A stretch of 64,000 bases of DNA from Selaginella moellendorffii (Eukaryota > Plantae > Lycopodiophyta): NCBI RefSeq assembly GCF_000143415.4, contig NW_003314307.1, positions 76,922 to 140,921 of the forward strand, written 5' to 3'. The notes beneath the pieces were generated by a model, which was given only the letters and a program-made list of their open reading frames with translations, had not been told where the DNA came from and made no database searches. Shown here in pieces: positions 1 to 14,500 of the stretch; the first letter of the stretch is position 1; every line of letters begins with the position of its first letter. The position numbers were made by a program, and so were the translations under genes.

Positions 1-1332
1 ATTGACCACCCTAACTAAATGGATTTATATTTCAGAGACACATTCATGCAATAATTTATGCATAACACAAACACTAATGATAAAGAGCTTTTGTTCCATA
101 CCTGCTCTTAAAAGAATATTTAGACATAATATGTTTAGACAACTTTAATATTACTCATAATCAAAACTAATCAAGGGAAAAATTTATAAAAATATGTAAT
201 AATATGTAGTTGTGCATTTAACTCTTAGATACATGCTATTGAATACATAGCATACCTTCTTCCTGTTTAGAAATAAAACTATAATAATACTATATGTGGT
301 GCATTTTAAAGATTTTATATCTAATTTACAAATAGCCTAAGTTAAATAGTTTATTCCTTAAGAGACAAATATTTTAGACTACTTAGATACTATATAAATT
401 GAAATATATGTTGATAGACACTTATTAAAATACAAACACAAAATAGAATTTTTAGTAAACTAACTTCTAATTTTATAATCAAAATTTTAAATTATTAATT
501 ATATATCAGCTAATGACAGGTCATGGCAAGGTTTAAGGGGGGTTTTGCACCCACCATTAAAGTAGAATTTTTAAATTAGAGTTTTAACCTAATTAATATT
601 TTAATGCTATACTTTTCATATCAACATTAATTAATAATAGCATTAATTATTTTTCGTAATAAAAACTTTTGATAATGCTAACTGGTTTACACTCCCATTA
701 ACTTAGCTAATATAATGATACTTTGTTGTATTTTGTTGATAATTGTTGAAAATTGTTGAAATGTTGTTTGGGCAGTCTCAAGAGACTACAAGGTTGTTTT
801 GGTATTCTAGGTTGATGGCATTGAAGCCAAAGTGATAGAAATTTACAATCTCGGCATGCTTTTTATTGATGATCCAAAAACAATCAATGTGAAGGTTAAT
901 ATAATTACAACAATTCCAAAAGGTCAAGACTGAAATTTAACTCAGAGAAAAATTAGCTTCTTTTTATAGAGAAATTGTAAAACAACTGTAAAAGTTATAT
1001 GACATTCCTAATTCTGGCACCACTTGGCATCAGTGTTGTTGATGTTGCTGCTGGATGTTCGGTCTAACACATATTTTATACAATAGCTGTTAATAATGTA
1101 AATACTACTTATATATCTATATCTCCATCTAATATTTCATATTGCATTTCAAAAGTTAATTATAATTTTTTTTATGGATGATGACATATCCTAGATTGGC
1201 AGTCTTGCCTAGAATTGTTATGTATATTATGATTAACATGAACTTTTAAAAAGTAAAACACTTGTTTGGAGGTGGGGGGGGCAGGGGGTTCCAAATGTAT
1301 AGTAGGATGGTGGGTAAGTCAGGTATGGCTGT

Positions 1333-2668
1333 TTAATAGATCTAACATTGTAGAACCAAAGTGTCACAATATGTAGTGTCCAGTGATATAGGAGATGGCA
1401 AATCCTGGTTGCTTGAGTGCAAATTAATACTGTTACTATCCATACCATCCCCATTTGGGGATGCTTCGACTCCCATTAAAAACTTCAAGGAGTGATGTTT
1501 GTTAGTCCAGAACCTTGTTGTTCTCTTAGGTATGAATCAATTTCTCTTGCCATCCAGTTTGTAAGTGGTCATAAGCACTACGCCTGCACTGATTGATTGA
1601 GCAGCCAGTCACCTTCATATCAGTGGCTGCAGTGATGATAACTCAAGAGTGCTAGTGTGCAAAGTTGCTGCTTTGGCAGTGTGCTCCTTGCTAGGGAGTA
1701 AACACTGGATATTTCGATTGGTTACAAAACTGTAAAGTAGCTGTAAAACACAAAATTTTAGGATTGTATCCCACTCAGATCACTGCAAGAATACTGAAAC
1801 CATAAATTCTCTACCTTTCAATTCTGTAATGATAGAAAATCTACAACAGAACAACATGGAATTAGTGTACAAAAGAAGAAGAAGAAGAAGAAGAAGAAGA
1901 AATCGCTAGATTGTCAGAGCAAAGTTCTCTGTAGCAGATTGTAAATTGGCATAAGATTAGTATGCAACTGTTGCAAGAACAAATAAATAGTGTCAATATC
2001 TTCATCAAAGCAATAGCACAATGGATAAAAAGTAAAAGCAAACTAGGCAATTAAGTTTTTTGGATTGTATTTGTAGTCCCTGAAGGGTGAAGAAGATATT
2101 GCCATGCTTCACTTTGGACGATCATCCCTTCAGCCCCAATGCCAATGAGACCACCATATACAGATCACTAAAACCACAAGTAATCTCATGCTCACATCAT
2201 AATTTCCACTTGGACGATAAAAAAGAACGGCTGAGAGGGAGAGATGAGAGGAAGACCTCAATTCTTGATTGCAAATGAGTTAAATTAACTCTTAGGCTTG
2301 TGGTGATGATGTGGTGATGAAGAGAAGAGGGGAGACATTGCTGAATGTATTGTGAATTCCATGATAACAAAAAAGCACTCCATTTCGCTGATTCACCTCC
2401 ATGAGTGGGTATTGGTACCATGATCCAGTGGAATTCTAATGTAATAACTTGTGATTCAATTTTAATAGTGGAGCACTTTCCTCATCAATGAGGCACCAAC
2501 GATGATTAATGATGTATTTACTCTTCCAAGCATATTCATAAACCTGCAATCCTTACTGTTACATGCTAAGATTACACATATTTGCTATCAATATTCATGC
2601 ATAATCTGCCATGGATGAAGCCCTTCCCAGGAGAGAGAGAAATTTCATTGCTCAAGTGTCACAAACAA
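1333..2668 (+). repeat. Left arm of a ~1.35-kb inverted duplication (partner 8870-10238)
   Basis: Reverse-complement match along the whole arm, e.g. tgagtgcaaattaatactgtta (~1414) vs taacagtattaatttgcactca (~10133). Clearly diverged, with substitutions and small indels. Ends approximate. Confidence 0.9.
1873..1900 (+). repeat. (GAA)n microsatellite
   Basis: About 9 GAA units; the partner arm near 9699 has only about 3 CTT. Confidence 0.9.
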
Positions 2669-4839
2669 AAATTTGAAGTGTTATCACCCTTATGCCATCA
2701 CCCTTAGGTTGTTGTTTTAAAGTCTTTAGTTATGAACCATCAGATTTTAAGTATATCCACAATAATATTCTAAAAATGGAATAAAAGATGCAAGATGCCA
2801 TATGCCAATAGCACTTTGAAATAAGGGAGTATTGATTCAAGATTTTCAAGAGCAAGAATAATCATTAACTCAAGCACTTGCAGGCATGAAAAAATATGTT
2901 TGTCCATTTAGAGATAAGAGTTACTCTTGTTGGGAGACAAGACTAAGATTCAATCTATGTTACAACTGAAACTCTGGCAAATAGACTTGAATGAGAAACA
3001 AGAATCTTAATAGAAATTGTTCCACTAGAAGTTCGATCCCTCATTTTTCAGCTTGAGACAACTAGAATTATTCAAGAATAGGAAAAAGACAAAGCCTGCT
3101 GGAATTGCTATATTGCGAGGCAACACATCAACCATGTGTAGAATTTACTTAAATTTCTAAAGAAAATTAGGAAATTGCCCATTGAGATTTAAAAGATAAT
3201 CTTTGCATCAGTCCTCAAGACATTCCATCTAGAAAATTACACTTAAGCTAGATAAGGAATCATTCTCACTAGTGAAAATTACCTAGAAAGCCAAAACAAA
3301 AATGAGCTCTACACTTGGAAACTTGTATTTGAGCTTTCCTGACTTAATTAAGTGTATATAAATGAAGAGTTCATCTGTGAATACCAATTGGGGATCATAA
3401 ATCCTATTAATGCAGCCAAGCTCACCAACAAGCATTTAAGAAGTGGTCTGTAGGCTAAGGAGCACTAAATTAAAATATATGTTATCACCAAAATTGAAAA
3501 ATTAATATATTTTATCAGCAACAATTTTAGCTATGGCATATGTGGACCAGCCAAGACTTAATTTAAAGCTCATTCCTAAAAATGGCATAGCAATAAAAAT
3601 TACCTAGTCAAAATACAATATTGGATAGTGATGTCTAGCTTGATTGTTTATGCTTAAGATGTTAGTAAAGATGCTATAGATATGTCCAATTTTGCATTAC
3701 TTCTAACGATGCATTGTGTGTTCCATATTGTTGCACCAAAGACACATATGTGAGTGGAAAATCATTGCCACAGTTTTGTGTTACCTTTAATGATAATATA
3801 TTGTCTAAATTGTTACACCCTCAACAGCTGCAGTAGAAAAAAGAGCACAACTAACAAAAACTGACAGATGCCATGGATACAAATGCTTAAAGGCTGAGAG
3901 TATGCAAACACAAAGTTGTTTATTGATGCTTATTCCAATTTTTGTTTTTAACATGGAACAAGATTTACCTTTCCTGGAGATGGTCCTAAACTTGAGCCTG
4001 TGCTTTTGAGATCCCACATCCAGGGGAGCAACATTGAGAACTTTTGACTTTGCTACCACTGCCACATCATCCATCTCTGTATGGAAAAACTGTCTATTTT
4101 TCTATGACTTCTTTCACAATTCTACAATTGACCTCTTCCAGAATAAGACATGAAGTTGGCTTCTCAGGCTTTGATCCAGCAACTCTGTATGCAGCACTAT
4201 TTTCCTAGCAGGAGTTGTTGTAACTGGATTTATTCATTGCATTTGCATTTAAAACGTTTATCCAGTTTAGACAAGACAAACCCATAAGAAAAAAAGAGGA
4301 GGCTCACCTGGTCGGCAGTGTAATTGCCATTGTGTCCCAGGAGTACAATTAAAGTGTAATTGCCATAGTGTTTCAACTGTAGGAGTACAATTGACTACTC
4401 AAACATGAGAAAAACCAGTTGATTACAGCCTCAATGCAATAAAGTAAACAATCTGGAAGAATTATCAAATTAGGAATACATACACACAAAGACTCATCTC
4501 TCACATTCACAGCAATTAGGAGTGCCATCCCTCTCAATTCCGTCTAGATATCAATCTTCAAGGACTTCCTCCTTATTCAGCAGCCTTGAAAGCTCCAGGA
4601 CTGCAAGTTCTCTGGAAAAAAAAAACACTAAGATCACCAAGAAGAACACATCATGTTATTATAAGCCAAAAGAAGAAACCATGAGGGACTGGAAAAACCA
4701 GTCACAATTCGTGGAACTCACTCCTTGTGGCACTACTCAAGTTTTCTTCCCTAGACCTTGTGCCATAAAATATCGTGCTCTCAGCTATGGCAAGCGCAGA
4801 TGGAGCCAAACATCCTTTATTGGATGCCAGATCATTGCA

Positions 4840-4960
4840 AAGCTGGATCATCCTGTGCAAGGCTGGCAATTACAGCACTTGATGATCCCATTTGAGGTGT
4901 TTCACAAGATGCCCTAAGCATGGGACTGCAGTGGATACTGATGGATTTATGTGATGGATC
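4840..4960 (+). pseudogene. Degenerate PPR-repeat fragment
   Basis: With frameshifts it reads IILCKAG...FEVFHKMP(K)HG, resembling a P-type PPR motif. Confidence 0.35.
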
Positions 4961-7900
4961 TACACCAGGGCAATGATAAGTGTCAGGGCATGGCCATCAG
5001 GATCCTCTGGGCTCAAGAGCAAATCCCTGCAAATTGTGGTCACTACTGGCAGGCCATCTACTGGACAAGCTGCGATGCTGCTGGGAGAAAATATGATCAA
5101 CTCAAGAACATGAAAAGAGGGATTTGATGTATCAATGCTGCAATATCTGTCTGTGAAGAGACCTTGATAATCAATCGAGCTTGCACACAGCCCCAATTTT
5201 GTGATGCAGAAGCCAATATCATGAACCCAAACTAGGACGCTGAGTGAAACATGTGCACCTTATGAATGCTTCATGCCAAAAATATGCCAAGCTTTCACTG
5301 CTAGGCTTAATCTATAAAGAAAGATAAAATAGCCGCCCAGAGAAAGAGAATTGCTTATATCAGGATAAAAGAATCAATGAAGGGTTGGCCCTGAATCAAT
5401 CAAAGGCAACGGTGAGCTCCTGATATAGGAGAGAGAGAGAACCTCTTGTTGTCCACTCCACTATTTCAAGTAACAAGAGAAATCACATTATTTCATTTTC
5501 TGATTTGAAACGTCATGACTTTTTATTTGAAAATTTTGGATCTCCTTGGAATCTTAGAATATGCAACACCTAAATTAAGGGGCTCTTTCATTTAAACTAG
5601 CAGGATCCCAGCTCCACTGGGAGAGATAGTAAATCCAAGTGAATAATAAGTCTTTTATTATGTATCTGGTTTGGCATAATTTTAATTTTAATTGTATTCA
5701 AGGTTAACTTTTCTAGGAATTCTTACCATCTATATTCAGTAAACAAACAATCATGCATTTGTTGTTCATAGTAACTATCAGATACATCTAGTTCATTAGT
5801 TACATATTACTTATCATTATGATTTATTGGCTGGTGGAGGAAAGCTAACATTGTAGTTCATAGAAGAAGCATTTACCTTGCAAAATAGTGGTCTATTTAC
5901 ATTTTGTTTCATGTTATACATGTTAGATAAAGATTAAAGATGAGATATTATAGACTAAATATAAAGTAAACCTTTTTTCGTTGAGACTGTATTTAGCGTG
6001 TTTAAAGTCTCTAATGCAAGCATTGACAGTTATACAGATGTTGGAATACCTTTTGAAGTAATTGCTTAGATGTACTTGCCAATGTCTGTATTTGTTGTCT
6101 AGATATTATGCCATGAGAGAAAGAAAGGCGTAGTGTATCTTAAAGACAGTACTTTAGAGAGCACTTTTAAGTCATTTTAAAACTGTAGGGTGGAGTCAAT
6201 TAAATATAAGTATGTAGCATCAAGTATTTTTATTTTGCATGGCCTTATTATAAATTAAATAAATTGTTATTACATGTATGATTATTTCTCCAGTTTTTTT
6301 TATGTAATTGTTTGTTATATTTTAGACTAGCTTTTTTTTTAGTGTTATTTTCAAGAGTTCATTGGCATCTTTGAATAGGTCATATTTGAAGGTAGCTTTA
6401 GCAAGGGTTGCATTGTATGTCTTTCCATAAGTTTTTTAGACATACTTTCATCCATCTGGCAGGATGCTTTGAAAAGAACTCCAAAAACATAAAGTAGCAA
6501 GAAACACATAAAAGTTCCTTCCTTAATTTAGTTAAGTACATACATGATTACCAGTTTCTCAACTAGTTTGAGCAAAGGGAACCAGTAGTACCAACCTCCT
6601 ACTGTTATGGCAATAAGAGAAGAATATCCAAAAGGACTTGTTAATAGGTAACTTTTGATACTTATAGCCATTATCGTGACAAGCTGAAAAAAATACTCAA
6701 CATGATATAGCAAAAAAATACCCAAGTATATAACACATTTTCTTATACCAAAGTTCTTTAAATGTGAGAATGAATTGTGCACTCTACTAAACTTACTCAT
6801 CCATTTCAGTTTATAAGTATATGCTTTGATATCATGCTTGCATCTGCTAAATAATTTTAAGATCACCCTTTGAAATCAGTAATATAAAGAGTGACATAAT
6901 GTATATAGAGGAACTTATTTTCAGGTTTCAAAAGGATATAAATGTAGACATGCCAATCTTTATTTTTATTTTTTACCACTTCTTTGATTTTCTGTGTAGG
7001 TGTCTGTGAATGTACACCTTTGGTATTTAAAGGTCTCACACCACATAGATATGCAGGAATTTAATATATACCATAAGAATCAATTTATTGTGTCAAAAAC
7101 TTTCTTTTTTCTTTTTTGATCTATCAAAGCCCTTCTGACAAATATTAAATTTGTCCAATGGTTAAGGACAAGGTGTCTTAGGCAAGTCTCACCACTTTTC
7201 TTTTGGTCTTTCATATATTACTTAAGATGGTTCAAGAGTTTTGGAAACAAATTTTGTAGAGCCTACTCATGATAAATAAGTTTTTGAAAGGACATCAATT
7301 GTTTAATGTTTAGAGCACCAATTGTAAGTGATACAAAAATATTATGGTTAAAACTCATTTTTTATAACCTTTTTATAAAATTTTTATATACTGGAATAAA
7401 AATAACTAGAATGGACATGAACAACAAATTGCTACTACATCTTTTGCTGATAAAATAGACAAGGTATGCAATGCAAAATTCACAAACAACAATAACAATG
7501 CATAACAATTGGTTATAAATAAGCTACTTTAGAAACCAAGGAGATACAGATTTTAGAGATGTAAGCAGCCTAATTCCTATCAACACAAAAGCTATATATT
7601 GAGATCTCTACCCTTTTGAAGGATTTGAAGCCAAGAAACAATTTCTCTAAACTACATCACTAAAGAAACTATTCACAATTTTTTTTCAATATTATTCTTA
7701 TAATAGACTTTTGTTTTTCTTTCAGAAAGGAAGCGCAACTAAAACTAAAGGTTATCCAAAACACAAGAAACTATACTCTATTTTCTTTTATCCTTCTCAA
7801 ACTCAATTGTGTTTTATAAGTGGAGTTTATTACTACTATAGATCTAATGGCTGAAGAGGTTCTTAATTCTTGTCAAATGATGGGCTGATCAAGCACTATG

Positions 7901-8521
7901 ATAAATATCAAAGATAAATTAAGAAAAAAAAAATAGAACGCTTTGCAAATATAAATGATAGTGTAAAAAGAAAATGGATATAAACCATGCTTGATCAATT
8001 TACTGACCTGCCCTCAATAATTATATCATAAAAGAGATTTTATACTGACCTATATAAAATAATTAACAAATTGCTATATAAAATAATTATAAAAAATAAC
8101 GATATACCATCTGGTGTGCATATCCAACAAGGAAGAAAAAAAGAAAGAGTGAAGAGAGAGCAAGGACTTACCTCCTTTTACTATAATAAATTTTACTCGT
8201 CTATCTAGGAAGACCACTGATTTCCTTGTTGTCTCAAACTTTATTGTGAATAAAAGGAGTTTTGAGTCCAGATTGGCAGAAAAAAAAAAAAAAACAATAC
8301 CAAGACTTAAAAGGGAGTTTTTTGCTTTTCTTCATGGACTGACTATATAGTGAGGCTTTAAGTATAGTAATAAAACACACTCATTGTGTAAGTAAGCTTT
8401 TCAATATTCATTTGGTAAAACTAGTCAAGGCCAAAGAAACAACCTCTCTGGAATATATGGTCAAAGACAACCTTACAGGTGAATGGTAAATCAAGACATT
8501 GATAGTTTTCTCAATTTCTTG

Positions 8522-8626
8522 TTACAAAATATCAGTAACAACATCCTGCTCCTGCATTTGCATAAAGAGCTTGGAAGCCACCTCCGGATCGCCGATCTCG
8601 AAACGTCTAAGGATCATATCATACAT
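8522..8626 (-). pseudogene. PPR-repeat fragment
   Basis: Minus strand reads MYDMILRRFEIGDPEVASKLFMQMQEQDVVTDIL*, matching the PPR pattern G...A..LF..M...DVV. Confidence 0.5.
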
Positions 8627-8869
8627 TCTGTAGAATACACTGAAGGAAAAAAAACGTTTAGGATTTGTATGTACCCACATAATTAGTCTCTACAGTCTTT
8701 GTATATAATAATCTCATCCTATAGCTGAATGAGTTTGCTATTTTATTAGGATGTTTGACTCTTGGCTTTCATTTCTTTGAATAAATTTAAGGAATAGATA
8801 ATAAGTAGTTAATTGGCATGTCAAGGAGTTAAAATGTAAAGGTCATGACTTTTCATATTAAGTGTTCAC

Positions 8870-10238
8870 TTTGTTTGTGACGCTTAGGGCAATGGAACAA
8901 TGAAATTTCTTTCTCTCTTGGGAAAGGAAACAGAAAGGACTGTTGCTTTGGATTACATTTGGGGAGAAAGCTGGTTGGAGGCTGGTGTGAAACATGTCTA
9001 CATAGTAAGGGCTTAGATTATGCATGAATATTGCTAGCAAACATGCATAATCTCAACACATAACAGTAAGGATTGCAGGTTTGTGAATATGCTTGGAAGA
9101 GTAAATACATCGTTAATCATTGTTGGTGTTTCATTGATATCGTGTGATCCCAGCTCCACTATTCAAATCGAATCACGAGTTATTACATTCTGGATTGTGG
9201 CACCAAAACCCGCTCATGGAGGTCAATCAGTGAAATGGAGTGCTTTTTGGTTATCATGGAATTCACAAAACATTCAGCAATCATCACTGGGTCATCACCA
9301 CAAGCCTAAGTGTTAATTTGACTCCTTCACAATCAAGCATTGAGGTCTTCCTCTCACCTCTCCCTCCAGCCATTCTAGTTTATCGTCCAGATGGAAGATT
9401 ATGATGTGAGCATGAGGTTACTTGTGGTTTTAGTGATCTGTATGTGGTGGTCTCATCGGCGCTGGGGCTGAAGGGATGATCGTCCAAAGTGAAGCATGGT
9501 GATGCCTTCTTTGTCCTTTGGGGACTACAAACACAATTTAAAAACCTTAATTGCCTAGTTTGTTCTTTTATTTATTTGTTGTGTTATTGCTTTGACGAAG
9601 ACACTGAAACTCTTTGTTTGTTCTTGTGACAGTTGCATACTACTCTTATGCCAATTTACAATCTGCTACAGAGCACTTTTCTCTGAAAATCTAGCGATTT
9701 CTTCTTCTTTTGTACACTAATTCCATGTTGTTCTATTGTAGATTTTCTATTGTTACAGAATTGAAAGGTAGAGAATTATGGTTGCAGTATTCTTGCAATG
9801 ATCTGGGTGGGATACAATCCTAAAATTTTGTGTTTTACAACTGTTTTACAGTTTTGGAGCCAATCAAAATATCCAGTGTTTACTCCCCAGTGAGGAGCAC
9901 ACTGCTGATGCAGCAGCTTTGCACACTGGCACTCTTGAGTTATCGTCACCGCAGCCACTGATATGAACGTGACTGGCCGCTCAATTGCTCAGTGCAAGAG
10001 TAGTGTTAATGACTACTTACAAACTGGATGGCAAGAGAAATCGATTTGTACCTGAGAAAATAACAAGGTCCTAGACTGATAAACATCACTCCTTGAAGTT
10101 CTTAATGAGAGCCAATGCATCATCAACAGGGGTAACAGTATTAATTTGCACTCATGCAACCAAGATTTGCCAAATGGCTTATATCACCGGACACTACACA
10201 TTGTGACACTCTGGTTCTGCGATGTTAGATCTATTAAA
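8870..10238 (-). repeat. Right arm of the inverted duplication (partner 1333-2668)
   Basis: Reverse complement of 1333-2668. Confidence 0.9.
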
Positions 10239-10382
10239 GAAGGGCAATATTATTTCCTCACATGCCACTCATGGGCATCCAGATTTACAAAGACAGCCCT
10301 TCTTTATGTATTTGTTTCTGAGCTCCTTCTTTCAGGTTTTTCTTGACCAGCTAAGTGCTGGAGGTAGGGAAACACATTCTAA

Positions 10383-10860
10383 CTGTTAGCAGCAGAGAGA
10401 TGCACATGAGGAGGAAGAACTTTCTCTTTGTATTCAACTGTATATGGATAGTACATATACATGGAACTACTGCCACATAAGCATAACTTGAATCTTGCTT
10501 GATCCAATTTTTTATATGGGTTGCTTAAATCGCTCAATCTCCCACTGACTTTATACCCTGCTTGCTACTGCTTGCTGCTCATCACCTCTGCCTGGTGCCT
10601 TGATGCAACACCTCAAGCATCTAGCACATCTACCAAAAGCTTCAAGCATTGCAAAAAGGAATTGCAATCAGGAGACTCATCCTCCTCCTCATCACTAGCC
10701 TCCTGGCTAGCAAGTGCCATGCCCAGGATCAAGGAGCCAATCGCTCCAATACCATGTTAGCAGTTGAGAGCTGCACACGAGGAGGAAGAAATTTTTCTGT
10801 GTATTAAACTATATATGGATGGTACATATACATGGAACTACTGCCACGTAGGCATAACTA
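10383..10860 (+). repeat. ~105-bp direct repeat pair (10383-10488 and 10755-10860)
   Basis: tgttagcag...gaggaggaagaa...tacatatacatggaactactgccac...gcataact occurs twice. Confidence 0.85.
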
Positions 10861-10999
10861 TATGCCACATCATCTTTACCTCTAACACTAACCATCCAAA
10901 CGATTGTTTTGGAGGAGCCGGCTTTCTAGGCTTGAGTTGGAGGTATAAAGCTGTATGTATCCTATGGTGGTGAGATTGATGTAGCTGATATCCAATACC

Positions 11000-11545
11000 T
11001 CATGAGTTCAAAATGTGCTGGAACATCACCTGTGAATTTAGTAGGTTGCCTCAATCCTCTCAACAACGGCAAAGAAGTTGCTCAAACTGGAGGTTTCCGT
11101 CTGTCTTGCTCCAAACAGCGAGAAGAAATCCCTGGAGAAGGCATTGTGAGTGATAGTGAGAACTTCAGCAAGGTACAACTGCTTTTGGGAGAAAATAATT
11201 CTCCTGATATCTGGTTGAACAAGAGGTTGATACTAATCAGGTTTTTGCAGCAGGGGAGAACGATCTGAGAGAGATTGTTGCTGGACAGGAAGATGTCTCA
11301 ATCTGGTGAAAGTGCTCTTAGAGATGTGGAGCTCCTCTAGATGGGACAGGTCTTGGATCGCATCAAGCAAAGCAGGCCAGGGCAGTGATAGTGGCTGAAG
11401 ATCAACTCCAATGATCTCGCCCGAGCTGGAGCATTTGACTCCATGGCAGTGGTACGAATCTATGGTAGAACTCGTGTTCCAGCTCCCGAGTGTGGATAAT
11501 GGATCACCCACCTAATTCTTGAAGCTCAAGAGTGTGACACCTTTT
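11000..11545 (-). pseudogene. LRR receptor-like protein/kinase N-terminal pseudogene fragment
   Basis: KGVTLLSFKN*VGDPLSTLGSWNTSSTIDSYHCHGVKCSSSGEIIGVDLQ fits the plant LRRNT_2 cap. It is followed by an LRR-like LSHLEELHIS. In-frame stop and frameshifts; lower end approximate. Confidence 0.75.
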
Positions 11546-14500
11546 GTAGCTGGAGATTACTGTGAGATGTACAGGACCAATTTCTATAGAGTACTATAAG
11601 AATTATAAGTAAAAAAAAAGCTTCTAGTATTCCAGAAGCAACTCCTTTTACTAAGCAAAGGAAGACAAGAACAGGCATCGGGAAGTAAAATCAATATGGA
11701 ACTCCACACTGGCCGAGTCTGTGGAGTTGTATTGGATCCTGAGCCAGGATGATCCCTGGGCAATCATAGTAAATTAAGAACTATGAGCAAATGATATATA
11801 TTTTGGTACCTCTCGTGGTTTCTGGCTGTCATGTAAGGGATCCTGGAAGCCACAGGCTCGATCATCTCAAGTGATCCCATTCCGCAAGAAAGCCAGTGGC
11901 ATAACTTATATTACCTATGTAGAATATGGAGTACAAAGTCTGGTTGGCGAGAGAATCTATCACTTGCAACGCTCCAGGCTGCAATCTATACTTGCTAAGT
12001 TAGGATTTCCAAGAAGTCTTTATTTACTTGTATGTAGTGTTCCAAGCTGTTGTCTTATTTGGCCTTTTTCATGTCTTCAAAAACAATGAAGCTTGCACTA
12101 TTTGATCCATCACCTGGAGGAGTGATAAAATTCTTGAGTTTGCTCCAGCCAACTTTCTCTCTAGGAATTTAATCAAGCATAGGCTAATGTTGCTGAAACC
12201 CATATAGTTTTTATACCTTCCATATCTCATTTACTTCACTTTACCTGCTAAGTGATGTAAGCAGAGATCAGACCTGAAAATTATGAATTTTTTTACATAT
12301 TATAGGTGAAAACAATTTAGAGTGGTCTGCAAACTGGAAATTTTGTCAGTGAAGTGATCTCAAAGGGGTAATGAACTGGTTATATCCGTTGCACTAGCAC
12401 TGCACGCACTTTTGATAAGCATGCTGCCAAAACACAAGGAAAGAGAAAAAAAAAGGGAGAAAGAGCCTGAAACTTGCTTAGAACTCTCAGTCAACATGAA
12501 GAACAAAGTTTGCTACTTTTAAGTTAGCACAGGATTTCAAGATTCCCAGCCTTGTGTATTTTCTTTGATCCAAGGTGTGTTTAAAATATAAAAATGTATA
12601 ATCATTAGGAATTGGGATGAATTGAATTGTAATCATCTTTTATGTTTGACAGATTTGATTGTAAGTCAATGTAACATTGTCTTAAGAAAGAAAATTAAAA
12701 ATATATAATAATTAACATATTTGAAAGAAGCATTCATGCTCTAGGAGTCACAAAAGAAATTGTAAAAATTTTGATCCCTGCTCCAAAAATCTAACATTGG
12801 TAGTTGGATCCTAACACATTTGCCAGCCAAGTTGAGCATGGCATTTCTAGAAGTTCCTTTCCAAGTTTCACTTGCTCTATATATTGATGTGTCGTGTACA
12901 GCTTATCATTTTGTAGAAACCTCTTAATTTGAGCTTCTTTTAAACAAAATTTGACCAAATCTTTCTTATTTCAAAAGATATAGATATAACATACCCAAGA
13001 TAAATAGATCTTCTTTTCTAATTTTACAATATTAGAAATTTTGATTGTATAAAAAGGTTAAATTTATCTAAAAATTGCTACTTTTCATCTCTAGAGAAAT
13101 GCACAATAATGCAATAGATTATAATGCAAGTGTTGGGAAAGATAAGATTTTTTTATCATCACTATCTTTCTGATTTCAAAAGAGATATGGCCATTGTGGA
13201 TGTCAACTTGGTCAGTTTGTAAATGCATCAAATTAGTGTAATCCTGAGGAATGGGAAATTTGGAAGTTTCAAGACCCATGACATAATTACCCATATTAAT
13301 ATCAGCATTTTCTTTTCCTGCATTGTATAATCATAGCTTAGACCCTTTTTGACAATGTTTTAGTTGGTTATATTTTTTATAATCTTTTTTTGTTGTGCAT
13401 TTGCACATACAAATAGAAAGTTACTAAAGATATTTCTTAGTATATATATTCATGTGCACCCAAATATTTGGCTGGATATTAGGTAGTTGTCCTAATATGT
13501 TAGGTCCTTCATAATATAGAAGCTCAATCACTTATATATGTTGTTTGTTGAGCTCTCGAAAAAGGTTGCCTCTGCCTGAAACCTATTGATTTCCTCTATG
13601 CCATTGTTGTCAACATAAGTGTGTTATTTTTCTACCATATCACTCACTCATCCTCTCTTTCCATATTTCCTCTTTTAGTAGGGTGATTAAGCCAGAGATG
13701 CTCCTAGCAATTTGGACTTTCTACCATCATTGATTGTATAATTATTGACCATAGGATACTATTGTGTAGAGTGCTCACTTTCCTAGACATATATCCTGCG
13801 TATTTGGAGTAATCTATGAAAGAAAATTATAACCATTAGTATTTTTACAAATAAGATTTATACTTTACTGCTTGTGTCATACTGATCAAGCAATATGCTG
13901 CGCTTCTCAATATTAATGATCATAAAAATGTTTTTCTAACATTTTAAATTTACAAAAGAAAAATAAAATCTAAATTCCTTTTTAATAAGGATGTCTTTCT
14001 AAAATTACCATTAAAGAAAACATGCCAACATCATACAAGTAAAGCCAAGACTCACAATAAACACTATAATCTATTGTTGAATCTTCTGTTGAATTTGTGT
14101 AAACAATTCTGAACAGTCACAGCATGAAATTAGAAGAATTACAAACTAAATATGGTAGTGATTCTTTCAAGTTCTTCAAAGATATAGTAATAAACATATT
14201 CTTTATTAGATGAATATAAGAATTTTGCTAACCTTTTATTACTTTTAGAACATACATTGTGACATGATTTACCTTTGGGTTTGCTTATATCAATAAAAGC
14301 TCTAAAATCAAGCTTTGGATTTGAGAGTTTCTCTAGCCAAAAAGGGGAATAATGCATGTTAATCATCATTTCTATTGTCATTTGAATATTCACAACAAAA
14401 GAATTATAACTTAAAGCTTGGTACTATATTAGTATATACCTAATTTATAAACACTTTTAGCTCATAATTAAAATTAATTTTAAATGATTCATGGCTGCCT

